Positions 29,230 to 38,885 of a DNA stretch of 59,870 bases are shown here, one piece after another (within the stretch, counting starts at the first letter, position 1; each line of letters begins with the position of its first letter). Source of the stretch: an uncultured bacterium. GTDB taxonomy: Bacteria; Pseudomonadota; Gammaproteobacteria; Burkholderiales; CAIKXV01. A model generated the notes under the pieces. That model worked only from the letters and a program-made list of their open reading frames with translations, ran no database searches and had not been told where the DNA came from. The stretch lies in NCBI GenBank assembly GCA_903873475.1, contig CAIQON010000235.1, positions 1 through 59,870 on the forward strand, read 5' to 3'. Position numbers and translations under genes: made by a program.

Positions 29230-29502
29230 CGGACGACCGATCCGAAGCTGCCGCGCGGTGTGTCCTGCCATACGACGATCACGATGGCATCCGGCGAGGC
29301 TTACGTATCGCAGGTCGACTTTCCGAAGGGTTCGGTCCAGAACCCGATGTCCGATGATGAACTGCGTGCGAAGTTCGAAAGCCTTTCCGTGCCGGTCGTT
29401 GGGCGCGCCCGTGCGGCCAGGATCGCCGATACCGTGGTGGCGATCGAAAAGTGCCCGGACGTCGGGCAGTTGATGCGCCTGACGATGGGGCGCGCGGGCT
29501 GA
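29230..29502 (+). pseudogene. C-terminal remnant of a second MmgE/PrpD gene
   Basis: In a different frame directly after the prpD stop: DPKLPRGVSC...VDFPKGSVQNPMSDDELRAKF, a typical PrpD C-terminus; no N-terminal part. Confidence 0.75.
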
Positions 29503-29644
29503 GGCGATGTTTCGCGCCTGCCGACCGGCGGTATCGCGCGTGCTAGTCTTCGTCCGGGCGGCAGGATCGCTGCCGCCCTGTGGTTCGACCCCGACCGTGA
29601 TCTGACGCGGCGGGGATCGGAACATCGAGGAGGAGATCGCTCGA

Positions 29645-30616
29645 ATGATGAAGCCTGTCGTCTTGCACGCCTTTGCATGCTTCGTGCTGTACGGGGCCGC
29701 GCCGGCATCGGCACAGTCGTATCCGTCGAAACCGATCCGCATGATCGTGCCCTTTGCCGCTGGTGCACCGGACGCGGCGGCGCGCATCCTCGCCCAGCAG
29801 CTGCAGGTGCAGATGGGACAGCCGGTGCTGGTCGAGAACCGTCCGGGCGCCAATGGCCTGCCTGGTACCGAGGCGGTGGCCAGGGCAGACCCTGATGGCT
29901 ACACCCTGCTGATGGTCTCGACATCCATCGCGATCAATCCCAGCCTTTATCGCAAGATGCCGTTCGACGTGCAGAAGGACCTCGAGCCGGTGACCGCCGT
30001 GGTCACAGGCCCGGGCTACATCCTGGTGGTGAACCCGGCGTTGCCGGTGAAGACGGTGAAGGAACTGGTGGCGCTGGCGAAGACCCCCGGCAGGCAGCTC
30101 ACCTACGGCACGCCCGGTTTCGGCAATGCGCTGCACCTGGCGACCGAGATGTTCACCACGCGTGCCGGCATCAGCGTCACGCATGCGCCGTACAAGGGTG
30201 CAGGGCCTGCGATTGCCGACCTGATCGGCGGCCATATCCAGATGATGTTCGTGACGCCGCCGCTGTCGATGCCGCATATCCGCTCGGGCAAGCTGCGTCC
30301 GATCGGCTTCGCCGGCCCGAAGCGCTGGTCCGAGCTGCCGGACGTGCCGGTGATGGCCGAAGCGGGCATCGAGGGCGTGGTGCTCGACGGCGGCTGGTAC
30401 GGGCTGTTCGCGCCCGCGCGCACGCCGTCCGTGATCGTGAACCGGCTGCACGCCGAAGTTCAGAAGGCGCTTGGCGTCTCGGACGTGCGCGAGCGCTATG
30501 CGAAGATGATGCTCGATCCGGTGGGCAACACACCGGCCGAATTCAGGGTGGAACTGGCGGACCAGATCCGGAAGTACGCCGAGCTGGTGAAGGCGGCGAA
30601 GATCGAGCCGCAGTGA
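29645..30616 (+). CDS. Bug/TctC substrate-binding protein (8)
   Basis: RBS GAGGAGGAG; YPSKPIRMIVPFAAGAPD, ENRPGANG, HAPYKG. Confidence 0.93.
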   Translation: MMKPVVLHAFACFVLYGAAPASAQSYPSKPIRMIVPFAAGAPDAAARILAQQLQVQMGQPVLVENRPGANGLPGTEAVARADPDGYTLLMVSTSIAINPSLYRKMPFDVQKDLEPVTAVVTGPGYILVVNPALPVKTVKELVALAKTPGRQLTYGTPGFGNALHLATEMFTTRAGISVTHAPYKGAGPAIADLIGGHIQMMFVTPPLSMPHIRSGKLRPIGFAGPKRWSELPDVPVMAEAGIEGVVLDGGWYGLFAPARTPSVIVNRLHAEVQKALGVSDVRERYAKMMLDPVGNTPAEFRVELADQIRKYAELVKAAKIEPQ

Positions 30617-30649
30617 CCCGCAGTGTCCATGAACAGGGAGGGGGAGCGC

Positions 30650-31126
30650 ATGAAGATGAAGGTACGCCGGGTCGTCACCGGCCATGATGCACAGGGCAAG
30701 GCAGTAGTTTGCATCGACGAGATCGCAAAGAACGTGCTGTCGCGGCGCCAGGGCATCGAGGCAGCCGTGGTCTGGTCGACCGACACCTTCCCTGTCGACA
30801 ACGACGACGACGAGGACGGCAGCTTGCGTCCGATGGACACCACGCTCGACAACGGCACCGTGTTCCGCATCGTGCGCTACGAGCCGGGCGTCGTGCCGCG
30901 CCGGCATCGCACCGACTCGGTCGACTACGCGGTGGTGATGTCCGGGTCGATCGACATGGAACTCGACGGGCAGACCGTCACGCTGAACGCCGGCGACGTG
31001 CTGATCCAGCGCGGTACGATCCACAACTGGGTGAACCGCGGTACCGAGCCGTGCATGATCGCCTTCGTGCTGGTGTCGGCGAAGCCGGTCACCGCGGGCG
31101 GCAAGCCGCTCGAGGCGCACGGCTGA
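30650..31126 (+). CDS. Cupin domain protein
   Basis: RRVVTGHD N-terminus, HRTDSVDYAVV, QRGTIHNWVN. Confidence 0.88.
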   Translation: MKMKVRRVVTGHDAQGKAVVCIDEIAKNVLSRRQGIEAAVVWSTDTFPVDNDDDEDGSLRPMDTTLDNGTVFRIVRYEPGVVPRRHRTDSVDYAVVMSGSIDMELDGQTVTLNAGDVLIQRGTIHNWVNRGTEPCMIAFVLVSAKPVTAGGKPLEAHG

Positions 31127-31186
31127 CCTCGCCTCGCCGCGCAACGACCTGCATCGCATCCCAGTCAACACACCGGAGAAACACCA

Positions 31187-32044
31187 ATGCCCGAGGCCCG
31201 TGTCCGCGGCGTCATCCTCAACTACGAAGTCATCGGCAGCGAAGGTCCGTGGATTGCGCTGACCCCGGGCAGCCGCCGCTCGTACCATGAACTGATCCCG
31301 CTGTCGAAACAGCTGGCGAAGGACGGCTACCGGGTGCTGCTGCACGACCGCCGCAACTGCGGGGCCTCCGAGGTCGGCATCGAGGGTATCGGTTCGGAGC
31401 ACGAGATCTGGGCCGACGACCTGCATGCGCTGGCTGGCCAGCTCGGCGCACTGCCGCTGTTCGTCGGCGGTTCCTCGGCTGGCGCGCGGTTGGCGATCCT
31501 GTTCGCCCTGCGCCACCCGGAAGCGGTCAGCGGGTTGCTGCTGTGGCGCCTGACCGGTGGCCAGCATGCGGTGCAGAAGCTGGCGCGCCAGTACTATGAG
31601 CAGTTCGCCGAGATGGCCAAGGCGGGCGGCATGGGTGCGGTCTGCGAGTCCGAGCACTTCAAGGCGTGCATTGCTGCACGAGCCTCGAACCGCGAGCGCC
31701 TGATGGCGATGGACCCAGCCGAGTTCATCCGCGTGATGGACCTCTGGCGCGACAACTTCCTGGCCGCGGCCACGCTGCCGATCGTCGGTGCGACCGAGGA
31801 ACAGCTGCGCAACCTGAAGATGCCGGTCTGCCTGATCGCCGGCAACGACAAGGTGCATACGCCGGTGACCGCGCGCAAGGCGGCCAGCCTGCTGCCCAAC
31901 GCGGTGTTCCACGACGACGTGGTCGAGAAGCACCCGGACGACAACCTGCTGAACGACTGGAACCCGGCCGAGTGGCGCAGCAGGGAACCCCGCATCGCTG
32001 AACTGTTCCTGGCGCTGATGGCCAAGGCGACCGGACGGTCCTGA
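31187..32044 (+). CDS. Alpha/beta fold hydrolase
   Basis: HDRRNCGAS, GGSSAG elbow, IAGNDKVH; RBS GGAG. Confidence 0.88.
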   Translation: MPEARVRGVILNYEVIGSEGPWIALTPGSRRSYHELIPLSKQLAKDGYRVLLHDRRNCGASEVGIEGIGSEHEIWADDLHALAGQLGALPLFVGGSSAGARLAILFALRHPEAVSGLLLWRLTGGQHAVQKLARQYYEQFAEMAKAGGMGAVCESEHFKACIAARASNRERLMAMDPAEFIRVMDLWRDNFLAAATLPIVGATEEQLRNLKMPVCLIAGNDKVHTPVTARKAASLLPNAVFHDDVVEKHPDDNLLNDWNPAEWRSREPRIAELFLALMAKATGRS

Positions 32045-32126
32045 CACGCCGGGGCGAGGATCGCCTCGGACGCGCTGCCGGGGCGCTCGCCTATACTCGA
32101 ATTCCGCACACGACCGCGATCGCCCC

Positions 32127-33302
32127 ATGGACCACGCACCCGCCTCTCCCTCCTCCGACGAAACCCGCATGCTGCAGGAACTGGTCGCGAAGTTCGTCGA
32201 CCACGACCTGATGCCGCTCGAGCCCGCCGTACTCAGGCGCGAGGCGCAGGGCGAGGGCTACAAGCTGACCGAGGACGAGGAAAAGGCGCTGCATGCGCGC
32301 TGCCGCGAACTGGGCCTGTGGGGGCTCGACGTGCCCGAGGAATTCGGCGGCGCCAACCTGCCCCTGCTGTCCCTGGCCGCGGCCGAGGAGGAGATGGGCC
32401 GCGCCTGCGTGCCGTTCCTGATCCCGCCGGACAGCCCGAACCTGCACATGATGCTCGCGGTGGCCACGCCGATGCAGCGCGAGAAGTACTTGGCGCCGTA
32501 CGCGACCGGCGAGATGCGCTCGGCGGTGGCGATCTCCGAGCCTGGTGCCGGCGGCGATCCGGCCGGCATGATCACGCGCGCAGTACGCGAGGGCGACCAG
32601 TGGGTGATCAACGGCCGCAAGATCTGGGTCTCGAACATCCCGCGCGCCGACTTCATCATCCTGATGGCGCGCACCGGCGCCGGCAAGCGGCAGGACGGCA
32701 TCTCGGCCTTCATCGTCGAGAAGGGCACGAAGGGCTACATCATCGAGCGCGAGATCGCGATGATCGGTGGCCGCAAGACCTACGAACTGGTGTTCGACGA
32801 TTGCCGCATTCCGGCGGAGAACCTGCTCGGCGAACTCGACCGTGGCTATGCGCCGATGCAGCTGCGCCTGAACGTGCGCCGGATGCAGATGGGCGCGCGC
32901 TGCGTCGGCATGGCGCGACGCGCGCTCGAGATGATGGCCGAGCATGCCCGCCAGCGCGTCACCTGGGGCGTGCGCCTGGCCGACCGGCAGGCGATCCAGT
33001 GGTTCGCCGCCGATGCCGCGATGGAAATCCATGCCTGCCGGCTGATGGTCAGCGACCTCGCGGTGAAGCTCGGCGCGGGCATCGACGTGCGCAGCGAAGC
33101 ATCCATCCTGAAGGTGCGCTCGACCGAAATGGCGCAGACGGTGCTGGACAACGCGATGCAGACGCTGGGCGCGATGGGCATGACGAAAGAACTGCCGCTG
33201 CAGCTGATGCACCAGCAGGTGCGGGTGATGCGCATCTACGAAGGCCCGTCCGAGGTGCACCGCAGCGCCATCGGGCGCCGGGTGCTGGGGTCGAAGGTCT
33301 GA
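32127..33302 (+). CDS. Acyl-CoA dehydrogenase family protein
   Basis: VPEEFGG, AISEPGAGGD, INGRKIWVS, RIYEGPSEVH. Confidence 0.93.
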   Translation: MDHAPASPSSDETRMLQELVAKFVDHDLMPLEPAVLRREAQGEGYKLTEDEEKALHARCRELGLWGLDVPEEFGGANLPLLSLAAAEEEMGRACVPFLIPPDSPNLHMMLAVATPMQREKYLAPYATGEMRSAVAISEPGAGGDPAGMITRAVREGDQWVINGRKIWVSNIPRADFIILMARTGAGKRQDGISAFIVEKGTKGYIIEREIAMIGGRKTYELVFDDCRIPAENLLGELDRGYAPMQLRLNVRRMQMGARCVGMARRALEMMAEHARQRVTWGVRLADRQAIQWFAADAAMEIHACRLMVSDLAVKLGAGIDVRSEASILKVRSTEMAQTVLDNAMQTLGAMGMTKELPLQLMHQQVRVMRIYEGPSEVHRSAIGRRVLGSKV

Positions 33303-33315
33303 CGGACGCGGCGCG

Positions 33316-33897
33316 GTGGAGAGTGACCGGGATCTGGTCGAGGCCGTGATCGCGGGCCAGGCGGGGGCGATCGACCGTTTCGTGGACCGTCATGCACGCA
33401 TGGTCTTCTGGGTCGCCCGGTGCGAGACTGGCCTCGGCCTTCAGGATGCGGACGCGGTCCTGCAGCGCGTGTTCATGCACCTGCTTGACGACGATGCCCG
33501 CCGGCTCCGCGAATGGCAGGGCGATGAAGTGGAGCCGTATCTGCGGCAGGTTGCGCGCAACGAAGCGATCGCGTTCTCGCGCGAGATGGCTCGTACCGGG
33601 CAGGGCAGGCCCGACGTGGAGGGCCTGCCGGACTTCGCCGACAGAGCGTTCGATGCAGCCGCGCGTGCGCAGCTCTCGGACGTGCGTGATTGCCTGGTCG
33701 ATTGCTACGACCTGCTCGCCCCGGCGGAGCAGCGCGTGGTGGTGTTCCACTACCAGGACGAGCTGGACCAGCGTTCGATCGCCATCATGCTCGGCCTGAC
33801 CCCTGCCGCTGCGTCGAAGCGCGACGCGCGCGCGACGCGCAGGTTGCGCGGTTGCCTGTCGACGAAGCTCGGGCGCAAGCGATGGGTGCTTGCATGA
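33316..33897 (+). CDS. ECF-type RNA polymerase sigma factor (divergent region 2)
   Basis: SDRDLV..VIAG N-terminus, DADAVLQRVF and YLRQVARNEAI (region 2), LAPAEQRVVVFHY...IAIMLGLT...RATRRLR (region 4). Confidence 0.8.
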   Translation: MESDRDLVEAVIAGQAGAIDRFVDRHARMVFWVARCETGLGLQDADAVLQRVFMHLLDDDARRLREWQGDEVEPYLRQVARNEAIAFSREMARTGQGRPDVEGLPDFADRAFDAAARAQLSDVRDCLVDCYDLLAPAEQRVVVFHYQDELDQRSIAIMLGLTPAAASKRDARATRRLRGCLSTKLGRKRWVLA

Positions 33898-34498
33898 GCC
33901 TGCGCACGACGCGATGCTGAATCGAGGTCATTTCGATTCGCTCGAACTCGACGCAGTGCTGCGCGGTCGCCAGGACACCATCGTCGATGCATACCACCTC
34001 AATACCTGCCGCACCTGCCGGGAAGCCCTGCTCGATCTAACCTTGCTGGCCGGGCTCGCCAGGGGCGCGCCGTTCGACGACCCGCTCGAGCCCGGCGCGT
34101 CAGGGGACGATGGAAACATGGACGGAACCGGACCAGCCGTGGACCGCACCGGCGGCGGCACGCTCGACGTCGAATCGGTGTTTGCCCAGTTCGCTGCGCT
34201 CGAGGTCGCGGGCCGGGCGTCGCGCGAACCGGCGACGGGGCAGCCGTTCCCCGGCGTCCTCAGCGAGGAGACGGATCACCTGCTGGCAACCGACATGCAG
34301 GCCCTGCTTGCCGCCGCCTTCGCCGCGGACGCGCAGGAACCTCGTTTCCTCGACCACCTGCGTCATCTGCGGGCATGCGGAACGTGCCTTGGGCGTTTCC
34401 TGCGCGTATCCAGCCGGGACATGCCGTCACCCCGGCTTGTCAGGCGGATCGCACGCGCGTTCCAGCCGGCGCCGAAGCCCGGTCCCGATGCCGAGTGA
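33890..34498 (+). CDS. Putative soluble anti-sigma factor with two ZAS (HxxxCxxC) zinc fingers
   Basis: HLNTCRTC and HLRACGTC; overlaps the sigma stop; no TM helix. Confidence 0.65.
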   Translation: MHEPAHDAMLNRGHFDSLELDAVLRGRQDTIVDAYHLNTCRTCREALLDLTLLAGLARGAPFDDPLEPGASGDDGNMDGTGPAVDRTGGGTLDVESVFAQFAALEVAGRASREPATGQPFPGVLSEETDHLLATDMQALLAAAFAADAQEPRFLDHLRHLRACGTCLGRFLRVSSRDMPSPRLVRRIARAFQPAPKPGPDAE

Positions 34499-34569
34499 AC
34501 CCTTTCCGCGATCGCCGCGCGGGCCGGGCTCGCGGCTAGAATGATCACTCGACCACCGCGAGCCTCGCC

Positions 34570-35211
34570 CTGGACTCCGATACCGAGCGCTACTACCGGC
34601 TGAACGCCAGCGAAGTCGCCGGCCGCTACGAAGCGGTGGCGAGCCCCGTCGCCCGCTTTTTCAGGCTCGCTTTCCCGGAGGGCGGCCGCGTGCTCGACGT
34701 GGGCGCGGGCTCGGGTCGTGACCTCGCGGAACTGCTCGCGCTCGGCTACGACGCATGGGGCGCTGAGCCGGTGGCGGAAATGGCATCGGCCGCCCGGGCT
34801 GTCCATCCGCAACTGGCCGGGCGACTCGGCGATGCCTCGCTGCCCGCGCTCGGCCAGCCGTTCGGCGGCGGGTTCGACGGCGTCCTGTGCAGCGCGGTGC
34901 TGATGCACCTGCCCGAGGCAGACCTGTTCGATGCGGCGTTCTCGATCCGGAACGTGCTGCGCCCGCACGGCCGGCTGCTGCTGTCCTTGCCGCTGGCGCG
35001 CGGTGACCTGGCCGGGGGCGAGCGCGGCGTCGATGGGCGGCTGTTCAAGTCCTATGCACCGGAGTACCTGCAACGGCTGTTCGAGCGCATCGGGTTCCAG
35101 CTGGTCGGGCGCTGGGATTCCGACGATGCGCTCGCTCGCGCCGGGACGCGCTGGTATACGTTGTTGCTTGAGTCGCGCCCGGGCATGCCGGACGCAGTGG
35201 CACGCTTCTAG
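34570..35211 (+). CDS. Class I SAM-dependent methyltransferase (possibly 3'-truncated)
   Basis: VLDVGAGSGRD motif I, FDGVLCSAVLMH; reading frame extends upstream of GTG 34636 to CTG 34570 (LDSDTERYYRLNA). Confidence 0.8.
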   Translation: MDSDTERYYRLNASEVAGRYEAVASPVARFFRLAFPEGGRVLDVGAGSGRDLAELLALGYDAWGAEPVAEMASAARAVHPQLAGRLGDASLPALGQPFGGGFDGVLCSAVLMHLPEADLFDAAFSIRNVLRPHGRLLLSLPLARGDLAGGERGVDGRLFKSYAPEYLQRLFERIGFQLVGRWDSDDALARAGTRWYTLLLESRPGMPDAVARF

Positions 35212-35213
35212 CA
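35198..35213 (+). promoter_or_regulatory. Putative sigma54 (-24/-12) promoter
   Basis: TGGCACGCTTCTAGCA fits GG-N10-GC with the TGGCACG core; about 30 nt upstream of the Bug start at 35245. Confidence 0.55.
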
Positions 35214-35244
35214 TCATGCAGGTCCATCGCTCACGGAGGTCCGG

Positions 35245-36210
35245 ATGAAACGATCGCTCGCACTGCTGCTCATCGCCCTGTGGTCCGGCCCGGTACTCGC
35301 ACAAACCGACTATCCGAACCGACCGGTTCGGGTGATTGCGCCCTTCCCGCCCGGCCAGGGAACCGAGCTCATCGCGCGCGCCGTAGCGGCGCAGCTGACC
35401 GTACAGATGGGCCAGAACTTCTTCGTCGAGAACCGTCCGGGTGCGGCTGGCATCATCGGCACCGAGGCGGTGAAGAACGCCGCGCCCGACGGCTACACGC
35501 TGCTCGTCGCCGGCGGTGGGCCGTTCGCGATCAACATGGCGATGTACGCGAAGCTGCCGTACGACACGCTGCGCGACTTCCAGCCGATCGGGATGATCGC
35601 GGCGGTGCCGAACGTGCTGGTGGTGTCGAACGACTTCCCGGCGACCAACGTGAAGGAGCTGCTCGCCCATGCGGCGAAGCAGGGCGAGAAGCTGAACTAC
35701 GCTTCCTCGGGCGTCGGCGTTCCGAACCACCTGATCATGGAGATGCTCAAGTCCGCAGCCGGCCTGAAGATGACGCATGTGCCATACAAGGGCGCGGCGG
35801 CCAGCATCGCAGCACTGATCTCGGGCGAGATCGGGCTGATGTTCGAGACCCCGGGCGCGATCGTGCCGCACATACGGTCGGGGCGGGTGCGGGCGCTGGC
35901 GGTCAGCAGTGTGCAACGCTCGGTGGCACTGCCGGACCTGCCGACGATCGCCGAGGCCGGGGGGCCCAAGGGATTCGGCGCCCAGGGCTGGTCGGCACTG
36001 GCCGCGCCTGCCGCCACGCCGACCGCGGTCGTGCAGAAGCTGTACTCGGAACTGAAGACTGCACTGGCTCGTCCCGACATGAAGAAGCGCCTGCTCGACA
36101 TCGGGGTCGACCCGCTCGACTTCACGTTCGAGCAGACGGCAGCCTACTTCCGTTCCGAGGTCGAGAACTGGGCGAAGGCGGTGAAGAGCGCCGGCATCAA
36201 GCCGGAGTGA
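35245..36210 (+). CDS. Bug/TctC substrate-binding protein (9)
   Basis: RBS GGAGG; YPNRPVRVIAPFPPGQGTE, ENRPGAAG, HVPYKG. Confidence 0.93.
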   Translation: MKRSLALLLIALWSGPVLAQTDYPNRPVRVIAPFPPGQGTELIARAVAAQLTVQMGQNFFVENRPGAAGIIGTEAVKNAAPDGYTLLVAGGGPFAINMAMYAKLPYDTLRDFQPIGMIAAVPNVLVVSNDFPATNVKELLAHAAKQGEKLNYASSGVGVPNHLIMEMLKSAAGLKMTHVPYKGAAASIAALISGEIGLMFETPGAIVPHIRSGRVRALAVSSVQRSVALPDLPTIAEAGGPKGFGAQGWSALAAPAATPTAVVQKLYSELKTALARPDMKKRLLDIGVDPLDFTFEQTAAYFRSEVENWAKAVKSAGIKPE

Positions 36211-36225
36211 TCCGGCTGGTGGCCG

Positions 36226-36912
36226 TCAGGGCGTGAAGTCTTCCTCGGAAACCGCCGACGCGGGATCCACCTCGCGCTGCCGGTAGTAGTCCTCGTATCG
36301 GCGGTATTCGGTCATCAGCCTGCGCAGTGCACCCACGGCTTCTTCATGCAGGTCGACCCGCAGGTCGGTCTCTGGATGGTCGAGGCGGTCGACTACCCGG
36401 ATCCACGCGGAGCGTTCAGCCCAGCGCTTGCCTTCGGAGGCCTGGCCGCCGGCGTCGCGACCGCCTTCGAGGGCCTGCATCAGCCGCTCTGCCAGCGGCG
36501 CATCGGGATCGCGCAGGAAGCCAGCCTCGATTCCCGCAAGGGTCTGCGGCCCGGCCAGCACATTGCCGTAGGTCGCATAGCCCGGGCCGACGATGTGGCC
36601 GGACCATGGCTTCGTGCTGCGGCCGGTGTGCGCGACCACGTTCGCATCGCGGTCGATGATGCCGAACTGCCGGTAGTCGAAGTCGGGATCGCCAGCTTCC
36701 AGGGTGCGCAGGATATGCGTGGGCGTGTGTCCCTGGCCGAGCAGGTTCAGCGCGAGCACGTCCACCTGTCGCAGGTAGAACGCCTGCGACTTGCTGATGC
36801 CCACGTTCGGACGGACGCTCTCGTTGCGCCGGCCACAGGCGATCGAGAAGGTCGAACTGCCCATGCCGAAGCGGCCGGTGCGCGCACAGCGCGCGATGAT
36901 CGAGAAGGTCAT
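36226..36912 (-). CDS. DUF1028 family Ntn-hydrolase-like protein (N-terminal Thr present)
   Basis: MTFSIIARC..TGRFG, YRQFGIID, HTG, GNVLAG, ALEGGRDAGG, DLRVDLH. Confidence 0.87.
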   Translation of the reverse strand: MTFSIIARCARTGRFGMGSSTFSIACGRRNESVRPNVGISKSQAFYLRQVDVLALNLLGQGHTPTHILRTLEAGDPDFDYRQFGIIDRDANVVAHTGRSTKPWSGHIVGPGYATYGNVLAGPQTLAGIEAGFLRDPDAPLAERLMQALEGGRDAGGQASEGKRWAERSAWIRVVDRLDHPETDLRVDLHEEAVGALRRLMTEYRRYEDYYRQREVDPASAVSEEDFTP

Positions 36913-37628
36913 GTGCGCTCCCTGGCCTGCTGCTGGCGCAACCGCTCGGCGAAGGCGATCGGAGACTCCGCGTTGCGCGGGTTGCGTCCGCGCTCGTCGT
37001 AATAGGCGATCGTCGGTTTCGTGTCGTCGTGCAGCCGGCGCAGCTCGCCGACGGCCTGGTCATGGAGGTCGACCCGCAGGTCGATCTCGTTGAAGTCGCG
37101 CAGGTGCCAGCAGACCAGCGCAGCCGATCGTGCCGGCAGCGGCCCGCTGCGGCCGGCGCAGCCGCCGGACCGGTGGCCGGCCTCCAGGGCCACCAGCAGC
37201 CGCACGTCGAGGTCGTCTTCGGGGCTCGCGCCGAAGGATGCTGCCATCGCGTCCAGCACCGTCTCGCCGTGCAGGCCGTTCCCGAACGTGGCCCAGCCCT
37301 CGCCGGACCGGTGGCCAGCAGCGCGCAACCGGTCGCCGGTGTGCACCCGGGCGCATCCTTCACGATCGAGCACCGCCACCTGCCGCCAGGCGTGGTTCTC
37401 GTCGTTCGACGCCAGTGCGTCGAGCACGGCCTCGCACTCCCAGCCCTGCGCAAGCAGGGCCAGCGCGAGCCGGTTGTTCCGGGGCCGACCGTTGCCGGCG
37501 GTGAAGGTGGCGCCGAGGCCGGGGCGCACCGCGCCATCGCAATAGCGACCGATGGCCAGCGAGACACTTGCGGTTGCCATGCCGAGGCGTCCGGTGCGTG
37601 TGCAGCGGGCGAGGATGCCGTAGTCCAT
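36909..37628 (-). CDS. DUF1028 family paralogue lacking the N-terminal Thr
   Basis: MDYGILARC..TGRLG, WRQVAVLD, HTG, GNGL, ALEAGHRSGG, DLRVDLH; ATGA overlap with the partner gene. Confidence 0.85.
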   Translation of the reverse strand: MDYGILARCTRTGRLGMATASVSLAIGRYCDGAVRPGLGATFTAGNGRPRNNRLALALLAQGWECEAVLDALASNDENHAWRQVAVLDREGCARVHTGDRLRAAGHRSGEGWATFGNGLHGETVLDAMAASFGASPEDDLDVRLLVALEAGHRSGGCAGRSGPLPARSAALVCWHLRDFNEIDLRVDLHDQAVGELRRLHDDTKPTIAYYDERGRNPRNAESPIAFAERLRQQQARERT

Positions 37629-37792
37629 CGAGTGTCCCGGGGAAAGTGTCACGCCGCATGCTAGAGAGCCTGGCCCCCCGTGTCCATCGCATGCGTACAT
37701 TGCGATGAGATACCGCGCCGGCCCCGTCGAGGGGTAGAGTGGTACTCGACCGACCCGGCACAGACCGGGCGGCAGACCCGAGGAGGAGCCTA

Positions 37793-38806
37793 ATGCCGGA
37801 ACCGCGCCGTTCGCCGCAGGTCTTCGCGCCTGCCGTCGCCCGTCCGACGACGATCGCCGTCGTCGCATTCATCGCACTCGCTGCCACCGCCCTGCCTGCA
37901 ATCGCCCAGGACTATCCGGCGAAACCGATCCGCATGGTCGTTCCGTTCGCACCCGGCGGCAACACCGACATCATCGCGCGAGCGATCGCACCGGGCATGG
38001 CCCAGGACCTCGGGCAGCCGGTGATCATCGAAAACCGCGGTGGCGCCGGCAGCACCCTGGGCACTGCGATCGGTGCGAAGGCACCACCGGACGGCTACAC
38101 GCTGCTGATGGTATCCAGCGCGCACGTGATCAACCCGGCGGTTCGCAAGAGCCTGCCCTACGACTCGGTGAAGGACTTCGCGCCGGTGACGCTGGTGGCC
38201 GACGTGCCCAATGCGCTCGCCGTGCACCCGTCGGTGCCGGTGAAGGACGTGCGCGGGCTGATCGCGTTCGCCCGCAAGCGCCCGGGCGAGCTCACGTATG
38301 CGACGCCGGGCGCTGGCACCTCCTCCCACCTGGCGGTCGAGATGCTCGCCGCCGCCGAGAAGCTGCAGCTGGTGCAGATCCCCTACAAGGGGGTCGGGCC
38401 GGCCACTGCGGATGTCGTCGGTGGCCATGTGCACATGTTGTTCTCGAGCATGCCGGCGTTGATCGAGCACGTCAGGGCGGGCCGGTTGCGAATGCTGGCC
38501 CAGGCTGGCATGAAACGGACATCGGCCGCGCCCGACGTGCCGACCATGATCGAGGCCGGCTACAAGGACTTCTTCGTATCCAGCGGCTTCGGCATGTTCG
38601 CGCCCGCCGGCACGCCGCGGCCGATCATCGATCGCATCAACGCATCGGTGCGCAAGGTGCTCGCCGACCCGACCGTGCGCAAGCAGCTGGACGGGCAGGG
38701 TGCCGAGCCGGTCGGTAATTCGCCGGACGAATACGGCCGCTACAACCGCGCCGAGATCGAGCGCTGGGCGGCGGTGGCTCGGCAGGCGAATGTGCCGATG
38801 GAGTGA
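37793..38806 (+). CDS. Bug/TctC substrate-binding protein (10)
   Basis: RBS GAGGAGGAG; YPAKPIRMVVPFAPGGNTD, ENRGGAG. Confidence 0.93.
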   Translation: MPEPRRSPQVFAPAVARPTTIAVVAFIALAATALPAIAQDYPAKPIRMVVPFAPGGNTDIIARAIAPGMAQDLGQPVIIENRGGAGSTLGTAIGAKAPPDGYTLLMVSSAHVINPAVRKSLPYDSVKDFAPVTLVADVPNALAVHPSVPVKDVRGLIAFARKRPGELTYATPGAGTSSHLAVEMLAAAEKLQLVQIPYKGVGPATADVVGGHVHMLFSSMPALIEHVRAGRLRMLAQAGMKRTSAAPDVPTMIEAGYKDFFVSSGFGMFAPAGTPRPIIDRINASVRKVLADPTVRKQLDGQGAEPVGNSPDEYGRYNRAEIERWAAVARQANVPME

Positions 38807-38885
38807 CCGATCACTACCTTGCCCGCAGATGGCCCTGAAATCGGGTCGCTTGCCACGCTACTTGCGATGGATGCAGCTGACGGAT

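Noticed and set aside
29560-29640. tRNA-like GGTTCGACCC (possible tRNA or tRNA-Sec)
   Set aside because: T-stem pairing fails and no acceptor or anticodon arms can be built.
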